Assembly: GCF_963921235.1 (NCBI RefSeq)
Contig: NC_086110.1
Coordinates: 496,001 to 560,000 of the forward strand
Reading direction: 5' to 3'
From: Mobula hypostoma
Taxonomy: Eukaryota
Length of the DNA stretch: 64,000 nt
Below the pieces are notes generated by a model that saw only the letters and a list, made by a program, of their open reading frames with translations, made no database searches and was not told the DNA's origin. The position numbers and the translations under genes were made by a program. Positions 26,560 through 38,274 of the stretch are shown one piece after another. Position 1 is the stretch's first letter, and each line of letters begins with the position of its first letter.

Positions 26560-29170
26560 TCTCTCCGAGATTCATTACTCCTTCATTCTCGGCCTCTTGC
26601 CTTGATTGTAGTCATTCCTACAATCGCCAAGATCCTTTTCCATAGTGAATACTGAAGCAAAGTATACATTTAAGTACCTTTGTGATCTCCTCCCGTTCTA
26701 TACACACTTTTCCACTGTCACAGTGGATTGGTCCTATTCTCTCACGTCTTATCCTTTTGCTGTTCACATACTTGTAGAATCCCTTGGGGATTGCTTAATC
26801 ATGTCCGCCAAGGCCTTTTCATGGTCCCTTCTGGCTCTCCTAATTTCTTTCCCAAGCTCCTTCTTGCTAGCCTTATAATTTTCTAGATCTCTATCATTAC
26901 CTCGTTTTTTGAATCTTTCGTACGCTCTTCATTTCTTCTTGACTAGATTTACAACAGCTTTTGTATACCACGGTTCCTGTACCCTACCATATTTTCCCTG
27001 TCTCATTGGAACGTACTTATGCAGAATTCCACGCAAAAGTCCCCTGAACATTTGCCACGTTTCTTCCGTACATTTCCCCGAGAACTTCTGTTTCCAATTT
27101 ATTCTTCCAAGTTTCTGCCTGATAGCCTCATATTTCCCCTTACTCCAATTAAACGCTTTCCTAAATTGTCTGTTGCTATCCCTGTCCAATGCCTTGGTAA
27201 AGGAGATAGAATTGTGATCACTATCTCCAAAATGTTCTTCCGCTGAGAGACCTGACACCTGACCAAGTTTATTTCCCAATACCAGATCAAGTACAGCCTC
27301 TCCTCTTGCAGGCTTAGCTACATATTATGTCAAGAATCCTTCCTGAACACACCTACCCCACCTAAACCATTCGTTCTAGGGAGATGCCATTCGATATTTG
27401 GGAAATTCAAATCTCCCACCACAACAACCTTGTTATTATAACACCTTTCCAGAACCTGTCTCCCTAACTGCTCCTCGATGCCCCGGTTACTATTGGGTGG
27501 TCTATTAAAAACATCCAATAGTGTTATTGATCTCCTCTCCTTCCTAACTTCATCCACAGAGAGTCCGTAGACAATCACACCATGGCTTCATCCTTTTCTG
27601 CAGCCCTGAGACTATCTATGATCAACAGTGCCACGCCCCAACCTCTTTTGCCTCCCTCCCTGTCCTTTCTGAAACATCTAAAGCGTGGCACTCGCAGTAA
27701 TTATTCCTGCCCCTGAGCTATCCAAGTGTTTGTAATGGCCACGACATCATCACTTCCAGTCCAGATCCACGCTCAAAGCTCAATCGCTTTGTTCATAATA
27801 CTCCTTGCATTAAAATAGACACATCTCAAACCATCGGTCTGAGCGCATCTCTTCTCTCTCACCTACCTATCATCCTTGCACTGTCTCCAAGATTTCTCTA
27901 TTTGTGAACCAATCGCCTCTTTTTCCGTCTCTTTAGTTCGGTTCCCAACCCCCCAACAATTCTAGTTTAAACTCTCCCCAATAGCCTTTTCTTCCAGCAT
28001 GTTGGTCACCCTGGGATTCAAGTGCAACCCGTCCTTTATTTGAAGGTCACATCTGCCCCAAAAAAGGCCCTGAAGATCCAGAAAACTGAATCTAAGCACT
28101 CTGCTCCAATTCCTTAGCCACGCATTTATCCTCCACCTCATTCGATTCGCATACTCACTGTCACGTGTCACAGGCAGTAATCCCGAGATTACTACCTTTG
28201 CGGTCCTGCTTCTCATCTTCCATCGTAATTCCCTGTAGTCTCTTTTCAGGACCTCCTCCCTTTTGCTCTCTATGTCGTTGGTACCAATATGTACCCCGAT
28301 CTCCGGCTGTTCTCCTTCCCACTCAGGCGCGGCTGTGGGCGCGATCAGAAACATTCCAGACCCTGCACCTGGGAGGCAAACTACCATCCGTGTTTGTCTC
28401 CTGCGTCCACAGAATTGCCTGTCTGACCTCCTAACTATAGAGTCCCCTATCACTGCTACCATCCTCTTCCTTTTCCTACCTTTCTGATCCACAGGGCCAA
28501 GCTCTGTGCTGGAGACGCGGCCACTGTTACTTCCTCCAGGGAGGCTGTAGCCCCCGACAGTACTGAAACAGGAGTGCTTATTGTTATGGGGGTCAGCCAC
28601 ACTGGTACTCTCTAGCATCTGCCTCTTGCCCTTTCCTCTCCTGGCTGTTACCCGCTTATCTGTCTAGCGAGGCCCCAGTGTGACCACCTGCCTATAGCTC
28701 CTGTCTGTCAGCTCCTCACTTTCCCTGGCCAGACGAAGGTCGTCGAGCTGCATCTCTAGTTCCCTAACGCGGTCCCTAATGAGCTGTAGCTCGCCGCAGC
28801 TGGTGCAGATGTGGCTGTTCGGGAGGCTGTGAGTCTCTAGGACTTCCCAGATTTGACACCGAGCACAGAACACCGGTCTCACACACATACTTCTTGTCTA
28901 GATTCTACACAGATAACCTACCTCACCTCGACCTGTTATCGCTGAAGCTTCGTTAAGCCAAAGCATTCCTACCCTGTCTCCCTCTACTCCGTTGGACGCT
29001 CCTCGAACGCCCGCAGTATATAGCTGTCTGCTTTTAAACCCTTCTCGCTGTTCTAACTGGCTGGCTTCCATGCGCTTACGGAGTCGTACCCCGATCTAAC
29101 CACTGCAGTAACCACCGTCTCCTTTAAACTCTTCTCGCTGTTCTACCTGGCTGATGTCCACGCGTTGACG
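26560..29170 (-). mobile_element. CR1 LINE 5' portion (ORF1 + endonuclease)
   Basis: VIGDSIVR...VCLPG..VHIGTND..DGLHLN SGNH-like ORF 27962-28618; zinc/coiled-coil ORF 28664-28888; EN fragments. Confidence 0.85.
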
Positions 29171-29189
29171 CCGTTATGCCCTGATTAAA

Positions 29190-31400
29190 TTCGGGGAGGG
29201 ACAATTATAGTGCTATTAGGCAGGAACTTGAGAGCATAAATTGGGAACACATTTATTGAAGGAAATGCACAACGGGAATGTGGAAGTTATTTAGGGAGTA
29301 CATGGATGTGTTTCAGGATAGGTTTGCCCACTGAGGTAAGCAATGATGGTAGCGCCAAAGAATCATGGTCGAAACGTGATATGGATTATCTGAACAAAAA
29401 CGAAGAAAGATGCCTAGTGAAGGTTTAGACAGAACTGTTGAAAATTATAAGGTAGCCAGGAAAGCTCTTAAGAATGGACTTATGGAAGCTACTGACGAGC
29501 ATGAGAAACCCTTGGTGGAAACGCCTTTAAGGGAAATCCAAAGACGTTCAACAGTTAGCTCAATGACTAAAGTAATGACAGGGCTGATCAGAGCTAAAAG
29601 AGGAAAAATGTGTCTGGAGTCGTTGGAGGTAGAGGAGTGTCCTTAATGAAGACTTTGCCTCAGTACTCACCATTGAGAAGGACCTTGATGAATTTCAGGT
29701 TGGCATAGAACAGACAGAAACACCGAAGCATGTCGGCATTAAAGAAAAAGTCGTGCTGGAAGTTTTGACCAAAAATCATAAGCAGGGATAGGAAGCAACA
29801 CACAAGAAATGTTGTGAGACTTCGATAGATCAGGCAGCATCTATGGAAATTAATATACAGTCGACGTTTCGGGTCTGCAGAGGGGTCTTGGCCAGAAACG
29901 TTGACTACTTATTCACTTTCACAAATGCTGCCTGACCTGTTGAGATCTTCCGGCATATTGTGGTTGTTGCTTTGAATTTTCAGCATCGTGTTTATGATTT
30001 ACATATATGTTTCTGGGACGGAACTGGATATATCATTGTTCATCGTTTGCTACGGCAAGCGAGGGAGGAGATTCGTGGACCTTGCATGATGATTTTTTTT
30101 TGCGGTCTTCTTAGTGATAGCGTTAACCATGGGAATTATAGATAATGAGTGGTACGGCAGTGGTGCGTAATCTATTGGAGAGGCTTCAAAGAGAAATCTT
30201 TTTGAGGATTTGGAGAAGAAGAGTCTGATTAGGGTTAGTCAACACAGCTTTGTGACAGCAGCTGGAGCCCCACAAGCCAGACTGAATTCTTTGAATAGGT
30301 GTCCAAACATATTGTTGAAGACAGAATGCGGATGTAGTGTATATGGATTTTAGCTGGGCGTTTGACAAGATTCACTGTGGTAGACTCAGAAGATTCACCG
30401 AGTCACCGGAAACCTAGCTGCGTGCCCACAGAAGGTAAGGGCTACTAGTAGCTGGAGTCTCTTCTGCTAGAGGTCCGTTCTGCGAGAGCTGCTCTATGAC
30501 TGTTGGATGGGGAATTACATGGGTGGTTTAGTAAGTTTGCAGGTGGAACTAGAGTTGGTGGTATTTTGGATAGAGTAGAAGATTGTCGTAGGGTGGAAAG
30601 GGATATTGGTCGTGCGCAGAACTAGGCAGGGAAATGGGAATAGGAGTTCCATCACAAAATAAATGTGAAGTGATTCACTATGGAATCAAATTTTAAGACA
30701 GAATACAGAGCTAATGGCAGTATTCCTAACAGTGTTGAGGAACAGAGGGATATTGAGGTTCACGAATATAAAACCCTCAGAGCTGCAGTGCAAGTTGGTA
30801 GGGTGGGCAAGACAGCATGTGGTGTGCTGGTTAGTTGGGACACATTTAAAGAGCCACGAGATAATGTTGCAACTCTATGAAACTCTGGTTAGATTATAGT
30901 TGCAACTCTATGAAATTCTGGTTAGACTATACGTGGAGTTATGTGTTTATTTCTGGTCATCTCATAATAGGAAGGATGTGGAAACAATAGACATTGTGCA
31001 GATGTGATTTACCGGGATTCTGCTTGAATTTGGGAGCATGTCCAGGAGGAAAGATTGAGCGAGCTGGGGTTTCTCTCTTTGGAGAGACGGAGACGAGTGG
31101 TTATTTGATAGATGTTTACAGCATGTTTTGAAATACAGATACAGTAGATTGGACATTTTTCCGTGGTGGAAATGACTTATAAGTGGAGGCATCGCTTCAA
31201 GGTAATTGGCGAAAGTCTGAGTTAGAGATTCTTTTTACACAAATCATGGTGGGTACGTGGAATGCTCTGGCAGGTTTGGTGGTAGAGCACGATATTTTAG
31301 GGACATTCAAAATAGTCTTTGTAGCACCTGGATGAAAGAAAGGAAATGAGTATTATGTCGGAGGGACGGGTATGTGGTTCTTGGAGTAGTTAAATGGTGG
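29190..31400 (+). mobile_element. Heavily decayed CR1 ORF2 with an internal palindromic Penelope-derived insert (about 29797-29960)
   Basis: Recognisable RT and 3' UTR fragments with many indels. Confidence 0.7.
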
Positions 31401-31634
31401 CAAAACGTCGTGGCCAAAGGACCTGTACTGTTCTGTTCTGTTTGGAGTTCTACAGTATTTTCTCTCTAAGAGACTCCAATATGCCTAATTTTATTCGCTT
31501 CATTACCCACTGTGACTGTGTCTCCAAAGCGCCCATCATCCTCTGTATAATTTTTTGCCCTGCATATCTCATTTTAACTTTTCCTTCTCCATGAAAATCT
31601 GTTCATACTGATTGCACTTGCTAGTGTAACGAGA

Positions 31635-32165
31635 TACACTCGGTGACATATTTTTTAGATACTCCTGTATACTTGCTGGTAAACACAGTCATCACGTGAC
31701 AGCAACTCAATACTTAAAAGCATGCAGACAAATTAAAAAGGTAAAATTGTTGTTGAGACCAAACATCAGAATAGTGGAGTTATGTGCTGTAAGTAATTCT
31801 GATTGTGGAATGATTGTTGGTGCCAGACGTGTAGCTCAGAAGCTGTTGATCTGTGATGTTTACGCACAGCAGTTCCCAGAGGTAATAGAGAATGATGCGA
31901 AAAATAAACATCAACAGAGTGTCAGTCTATGGGAAAAATCTCTTTATTAATGGGAGACTTCAGAGGAAAATGGCCGGAGTGTTTGATACTGACAGGAATG
32001 TGACAGTAACTCAAACAACCACTCGTTACAACAGTGATGTACAGAAGAGTATCCCTGAATGCACATCAGGTTGAATATTGAAGTGGATGTGCTACAGCAG
32101 CAGAAGACTACGAACATATACATTCAGTCGCCACTTTATTAAATTCTGGAGGTACTGAGTATAGA
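31635..32165 (+). mobile_element. Decayed non-autonomous Tc1-like element
   Basis: tacactcggtgaca../tacattcagtcgccactttatt termini; GMIVGARR..., VTQTTTRYN HTH-region remnants. Confidence 0.6.
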
Positions 32166-33024
32166 TTTTAACACTTTCCTATAACAGCTACACTTTCCAT
32201 CTTCCGGATACCCAGGCAGCCCTTTCAATGAAGCACTGAACGTGAAATTCTTGAAACACCATGCATTGGATTCTGATCACAGCAAGTAATGTAATTTACA
32301 TTCTGCAAATTCCCTGCATTGAGAGCATAGAATAAGTTTCGGCCTTCCACTTTTTTACCATTGTACTCCAACTTCTATTGGTCTGTCTGACTTCTGTGTC
32401 ACTGTCTTGTTATACTAATCTATTAGCACCGTATATAAGCATAGACACTGTATATTCCATCCAGGCTTCTGGACATAACGCTGAATTCTACAATTTAATT
32501 CAATAGCTTTATCTATTGCATCGGAACTCTCCAGATCGGCTGCAGTTAATCCATCTATAATTTTCACGGGATTTTAAATTTTACATTGATATTGTCGGAT
32601 CTGCTTGACGTTTCCTACAAGTGGCACCAACAATTTAGGTTCTTAAAAGTTTATTACTCTGCTATAGTATTTCTAAATAACTGCTTAACTCGCACACCCG
32701 GTGACTTCACTAACGCTGTGCCACATCTTAACAGAGACAATCCCTTTATTTAAGTTATTATTTACACAGCCTGATTTTGTTTTCTCTCATTTACACAGTG
32801 CAGAAATGTGGCTTCATTATGTGGCATTATCTTTGTTTTCCTTCACACATACTCAGTGTTATCTTTGTTTTCCTTCACACATACTCAGTGTCCTGTTCCA
32901 ATCAAGATACTTCTTCTAAGGTTAAAAAAAAACACGCAGATAGGAGATGTCTTTGAAGATGTTAATAAGTCTTTGGAATTCTCTGCCCACGAAGAGAGTT
33001 TTGGAGACTGGGTCATTGGAGGTA

Positions 33025-33387
33025 NNNNNNNNNNNNNNNNNNNNNNNNNNNNNNNNNNNNNNNNNNNNNNNNNNNNNNNNNNNNNNNNNNNNNNNNNNNN
33101 NNNNNNNNNNNNNNNNNNNNNNNNNNNNNNNNNNNNNNNNNNNNNNNNNNNNNNNNNNNNNNNNNNNNNNNNNNNNNNNNNNNNNNNNNNNNNNNNNNNN
33201 NNNNNNNNNNNNNNNNNNNNNNNNNNNNNNNNNNNNNNNNNNNNNNNNNNNNNNNNNNNNNNNNNNNNNNNNNNNNNNNNNNNNNNNNNNNNNNNNNNNN
33301 NNNNNNNNNNNNNNNNNNNNNNNNNNNNNNNNNNNNNNNNNNNNNNNNNNNNNNNNNNNNNNNNNNNNNNNNNNNNNNNNNNNNNNN
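33025..33387. other. Assembly gap (363 N)
   Basis: Run of N. Confidence 1.
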
Positions 33388-33830
33388 TCATGTTGAACAG
33401 AAGGTCATAGAAGATGGAAAATCTAGCGTCCAATCTAATGGCATAAACATCGATTTCTCGAACTTCCCATGATACCCCTACCTTATTCGACATTCTCCGT
33501 TCCCATTTACCTCCTTGCCTGCCCATCACCTTCCTCAGGTGCTCCTCCCCATTTTTTTCCCATAGCCTTCTGCCCTCTCCTATGAAATTCAAACTTATCC
33601 AACCCTATATCTCTTTGACTAATCAATTTTCCAGCTCCTACTTCACTTCACCCTCACCTCTTTCCGATTTCACCTATCGCCTGGTGTTTCTTCCAGTCCT
33701 ACCCCACCTTCTTACTCTTGATTCCTCATTTTTTTCCAACCCTGATGAAGTGTCTCCGCCCGAAACTCGACTGTACTCTATTTCATAGATGCTTACTGGC
33801 TTGCTGTTTTTCTACACTATAGTGTGTGTG
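33388..33830 (+). mobile_element. Penelope-like terminal fragment
   Basis: Pyrimidine-rich tail plus cctgatgaag...cgaaac motif at 33741-33766. Confidence 0.6.
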
Positions 33831-33849
33831 GTGCTTGAGTAAACTGTAA

Positions 33850-34980
33850 ACAGCTGGCTGTCCTAGCGACGGAACACCGGCGGTGCAATGGTATTCATTT
33901 GACTTACTGCCTGAGAGAAGAAGTAATTATCCACTCTGGCAGACCTAGTCCTGATGCTACTGTACTTCGTTCCGGACTGTAACGTGTCCAGGAAATTCTG
34001 GGATTTGTGGTACAAATACTCAACAATGATTCTTTGTCTGCAAAGCTCCCGATAAACGGTGATGGGAGGGGGATGGAAACCCCGGTGATCCTTCCAGCGT
34101 GTTTTGCTATCCACTATCGGGTCTCGTCGACCGATACCTTGCTGTTTCCGTTCCACATAAGCACAATCACGATGGTGCTCCTGCAGAAAGTTGTTATCAT
34201 ATGGTCAGGTAACCTTGCATGCGTCAATCTATTCAGAATATATAGTCGCCGCTGTGCCTTTTCGACTCGTGAGGAGGTGCTGTTGGTCCGCTAGAGCGTT
34301 CGTCATGCGCATGCCAAGGAACTTGGTGCACGGTCTCTTTCCAGAACAGAACCATTGATGTTCAATGGAGCGTGGTCGATCTGTGCCTTCCTGGTCCTCA
34401 TTCATCTCTTTTGTCGTGGGTGTTGAGACTCACATTGTTGTTCTCGCACTATTTAGCAAGCATTCGTACACGTCCTGTGCACCCCGATTCATCATCGTTG
34501 CTGATCAGACAAGCCACGTATATCATCAGCGAACTTGATGTGCTTTGAGCTGAATGTGGCAGTAGGTCATCAGTCAGCAGCACGAACAGCAGCCGGCTGT
34601 GCACACAGCCCTGGCGGACACCTGGGCTCAGCTGGATGGAGCTTGAGATGTTGCTACCAACTTGGACGTACTGTGGCCTTTCCCTCAAGAGGTCGACGAT
34701 TGAGTTACGGAGAGGCACAAGGAGTTCCACGGAGGACAGTTTTCTGATCAGCCTCTGAGGGATAATCGTGATTTCACCGAGCTGAAGTCAATGAACAACA
34801 GCCTGCCCTGTGATGCATTGTTTTCTCGGTGGGACAGGACGGAGTGAAAGGCCGTGACTGGAATCATCTGTGGACGGTAAGAAAACTGGAACTAAGAGGT
34901 CCAATGGGATTTCCATGATCCATTGCCAGAACCTCACAGTAGCCGTCAAGAAGTGCTTTGATGGTATCAGTTTCCGACAG
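33850..34980 (-). mobile_element. Rex1/Babar-like LINE fragment
   Basis: Minus-strand SPGVRQGCVHSRLLFVLLTDD RT motif (ORF 34449-34730). Confidence 0.6.
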
Positions 34981-35099
34981 TATCTCCTGAGCAGAAGAAT
35001 GATGCTGCCTGCCTTACAGTCTCCAGAGGCAACAAACTGCTTCAAATAGATATTACAATGTCAATTAAGTGCTCTGTGTGCTGGGCCGCATACCCCCTG

Positions 35100-35340
35100 A
35101 GCACCTGACCAGGCCTGATCCCCCGTCCACAGCTTCCTGTGCGTTTACCCTGGCGCGGGACTTCCACACCTCGGCTGCGGCCAATCAGGCTGTCTGTTCT
35201 TCACGAGAAGACGGGGCTTTCCTTCATGTTACTTCATTCAATGCGTTAACTCGTGCATATGAGAAATCGGTTATGGCCTGTATACCTTGCCACATGCGCT
35301 GCGTGTTCCTGGTGTCAGAAATGTCTGAATTTCCTGTGCG
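35100..35340 (+). promoter_or_regulatory. Candidate immune enhancer/promoter motif cluster upstream of the receptor gene
   Basis: E-box CACCTG 35102, Ets-like CTTCCTGT 35133, kB-like GGGACTTCC 35157, CCAAT 35181, consensus kB GGGGCTTTCC 35213; motif matches only. Confidence 0.3.
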
Positions 35341-35904
35341 CGCTCCCGTTTGCCTTCCTGATGGCACAAGACAGCGCGGCTGTCGCTGAACTGTCCTCTG
35401 ATCTGAAAAGAATATCCCGAGCTCTATGCTGTGTACCATCCTCCGCAGTCAGGCATAATTCTGATATGCTCTGAAGCTGTAGAGTTTAATTATGGTAACA
35501 TCCTTAATTCATTTTCGTATACAGCCAGTCACTGGTTCATTACTGTTGACTATCACCCTCAATATGCTCGAGTCCGCACTCTCGGAGCAGTCCTGCAGCG
35601 CTCAGAAGACAACTTCTGGTCTAGTCCTGCTCTTCGTGTAAACAAGGTTTGCCTTGCTTAAAAGGTGTCTATATCCATGGTTAGCAAAATCGATATGTGG
35701 TCTGAATACCTGAGGTGAGGATGGGGGCGGCAGTAGAGGACAGCCCTACGGGCTCAATGAACGTTGGTATACACCAGGTCCAATATATTCTTTCCTCTAG
35801 TTTCGAAGTTGAAATGCTGGTAGAAGTGTGGCAGGAACTTCTTAGAACATACCCTGCACATTGCATATCCTTAGGCCCATGGCTGTGCCGACCATGTAAC
35901 CTAC

Positions 35905-36300
35905 TTTCGAAACTGCCTAGAATTTAGCTAACACATAGCCCTCTATTTTTCTATGCTCCATGTACCTATCTAAGAGGCTCTTAAAATACTCCATTGTATC
36001 CGCCTCCACCACCGCTGGCAGTACATTCCGCGCACCCACCACTCTCTGTGTGAAAAAACTATCCTTGACATCCCCTCGGTACCTATTTCCAGGCACCTTA
36101 AAACTATCTCCCTCGTGTTAGCTATTTCAGCCCTGGGAAAAAGCCCCTGACTATCCACACGATCAATGCCTTTCATCGTCTTATACACCTCTATCAGGTC
36201 ACCTCACATCCTCCATCGCTCCAAGGAGAAAAGGCCAAGTTCACTCAACTTATTCTCATAAGCTACGCTCTCCGATCGAGGCAAAATCCGTGTAAATCTA
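35905..36300 (-). mobile_element. CR1 3' end fragment
   Basis: MKGIDRVDSQGLFPRAEIANTR C-terminal RT-tail motif and CR1 3' UTR. Confidence 0.8.
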
Positions 36301-37237
36301 ACTCAAAATGATTGAAGACACCAGCAACATCGAAAATACCATCGGGGTGAACAGCTTGGAGATCGCAGACGGCGGTTCTGCTCTTTGCTCCTCCGTGCTT
36401 TTCCAATTTTGGAGTTGTTTTGATTTTTTTTTGTATTATCTTGTAGTCTTTTATCTCAACGTGGATGAGTTCAGAATACTTTTACCAATGCTTGCTAAAT
36501 GTATTAAAATTCAGCTCACTGCAAACTCAGGAGGAATCAAGATACCCGGAGGCTGACTAAATTTCAATAATCCTCTAACAACTATAGCTCAAATGCCCGC
36601 GGAAGGCCGCCTACTTACATGTACTGTGGGTCTGCCCTCTGAGGCGGTGGTGGAAAGATATTGTTCTTATGTACGCCCGTTTTTTTTTGCCAGTTGCGAC
36701 CGCAGGATGTACAGGTCGCCAATTACAGCAAGCCTATCAATTCCAAAATGAGTTCAACTGTGCAATCCTCTGACAGAGTGTATGCCTCACAACAACATAG
36801 GCTGACGATGTTGCAAGAAGAGTAGGCGAGGCGGTCGTGGTGAAGTGTTTTTGTACTTGCTTTTCGGAAGGCTGACTGGAAACTGTTGGTGCATTCAAAA
36901 AAGAATGTACCAGCGAAATGTCACGGGATTTCCATAATCAGTCCTTTCGGACAGGATACTCGTAACAGCCAGCGTGAGAGCATTGCACAATGGCAATCGC
37001 AGCCACAGCAAAAAAAAAGGTAAAAAGATTTGTCTTTCGCGCAGCATTTGGAGACGCGTGAGCAACCAGTAACTGAAAAATTAAAGTGTGTTGTTGCGTA
37101 GAGATGTAATTAATATGTGTGCAGATTTGAAGCCGGACACGCCCACTGGAACCAAACCTTACTGGTAGCACTCCTCTCGCTGTTTATTTGTCACTTCGTT
37201 CATTCAACTGTTTCTTTCAGTTTTGTGCTGTGAGATA

Positions 37238-37283
37238 ATGAGACTCTTGCTGCCTTTGATCATCCTGAATGTCAGCGGCACCG
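37238..37283 (+). CDS. Leader exon MRLLLPLIILNVSGT(+1 nt)
   Basis: ATG with A at -3, hydrophobic 15-mer, phase-1 donor G|GTATAC 194 bp upstream of the V exon; typical split IgSF leader. Confidence 0.75.
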
Positions 37284-38215
37284 GTATACTTCTCTCTCGC
37301 TACAATCTTATTTTATATTCAACTGATTAATATTTAATATTGCATTTCATTTGTTATTTTCTATCAACGTAGCTGTATTTTTCTGTTTTTCGTTGAAAGC
37401 CAATTTCATATGATTTGCTTAATCATCCGTGTATCATTTGGACTAGATGTTTCATTTTGTGTTTAAAGCTTTCCCAGCAGCCAAAGGTAATTCTGCGTTC
37501 ACCTTGAGGCAAGATCCCGAGGTTACGGTGACGAGAGGTGACACGGCAAAACTTTACTGCATCTTTCCAATTTTGCCTCATAAATACGTGAGAGTGCATT
37601 GGTGGAGAGACGGGGAAGACAGTTTCCTGGACGAGAGACTCGACAGAAGAATCTATTCATATTTCCTAAACCAGGGAGGTGCTATCTTACAGATTAATGC
37701 TGTGACAGCAGAGGACGCCGGGGTTTATTTCTGCCGGTTGATACATGCCACAGTTTCAAATGGGACAGGTACAAAGCTGATGGTTTACGGTGAGTGCCAG
37801 ACGACCAGGCGAGATCTGTCTGTCCCATTCGCTCGCTCCCCTTGTGTAAAATCTTTTGTGCTTTCTCTATCTAATGGATTTGGGCGTTACTAGGAAAACC
37901 AACATTACTGTCACTGCCGAGCTGATTTAGTGATGCATGATTGTTAGAAGCATACTATGTAGCTAATGGGTAACTTCCTAAATTCTCAATCAGCGATCTG
38001 GGTCAGAACTGATAGTGCTTGATCAGTAAATGCGGCATGCCTTTCCTACCCTGGATAGTAAAATGACTGCAGTCTGTGGCAGTTTTAATCGTATTGATGA
38101 AATGCTAATAGAAGGCTGTTGTAATATCCAATGGGCACACGATAATCAACCTGTCGACGTTGTTGAAAGAGGTTCTATTTGCGGTGCCGAATATGCTAGC
38201 GATCACTGAGACTGA

Positions 38216-38274
<59 letters not shown>

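Noticed and set aside
32827-32925. 32-bp tandem duplication ending in an acceptor-like tactcag and a possible mini-exon VSCSNQDTSSK of a neighbouring paralogue
   Set aside because: Weak donor (GTTAAA), no V, C1 or TM exon found upstream in the window, and it abuts an assembly gap.
32808-33592. ORFs spanning the N run
   Set aside because: Open only because the gap translates as X.
37749-37779. RSS-like CACAGTT ... ACAAAGCTG at the V/J boundary
   Set aside because: Spacer is 15 nt (not 12 or 23), the nonamer is poor, and both are explained by the HATVS and TKL codons.
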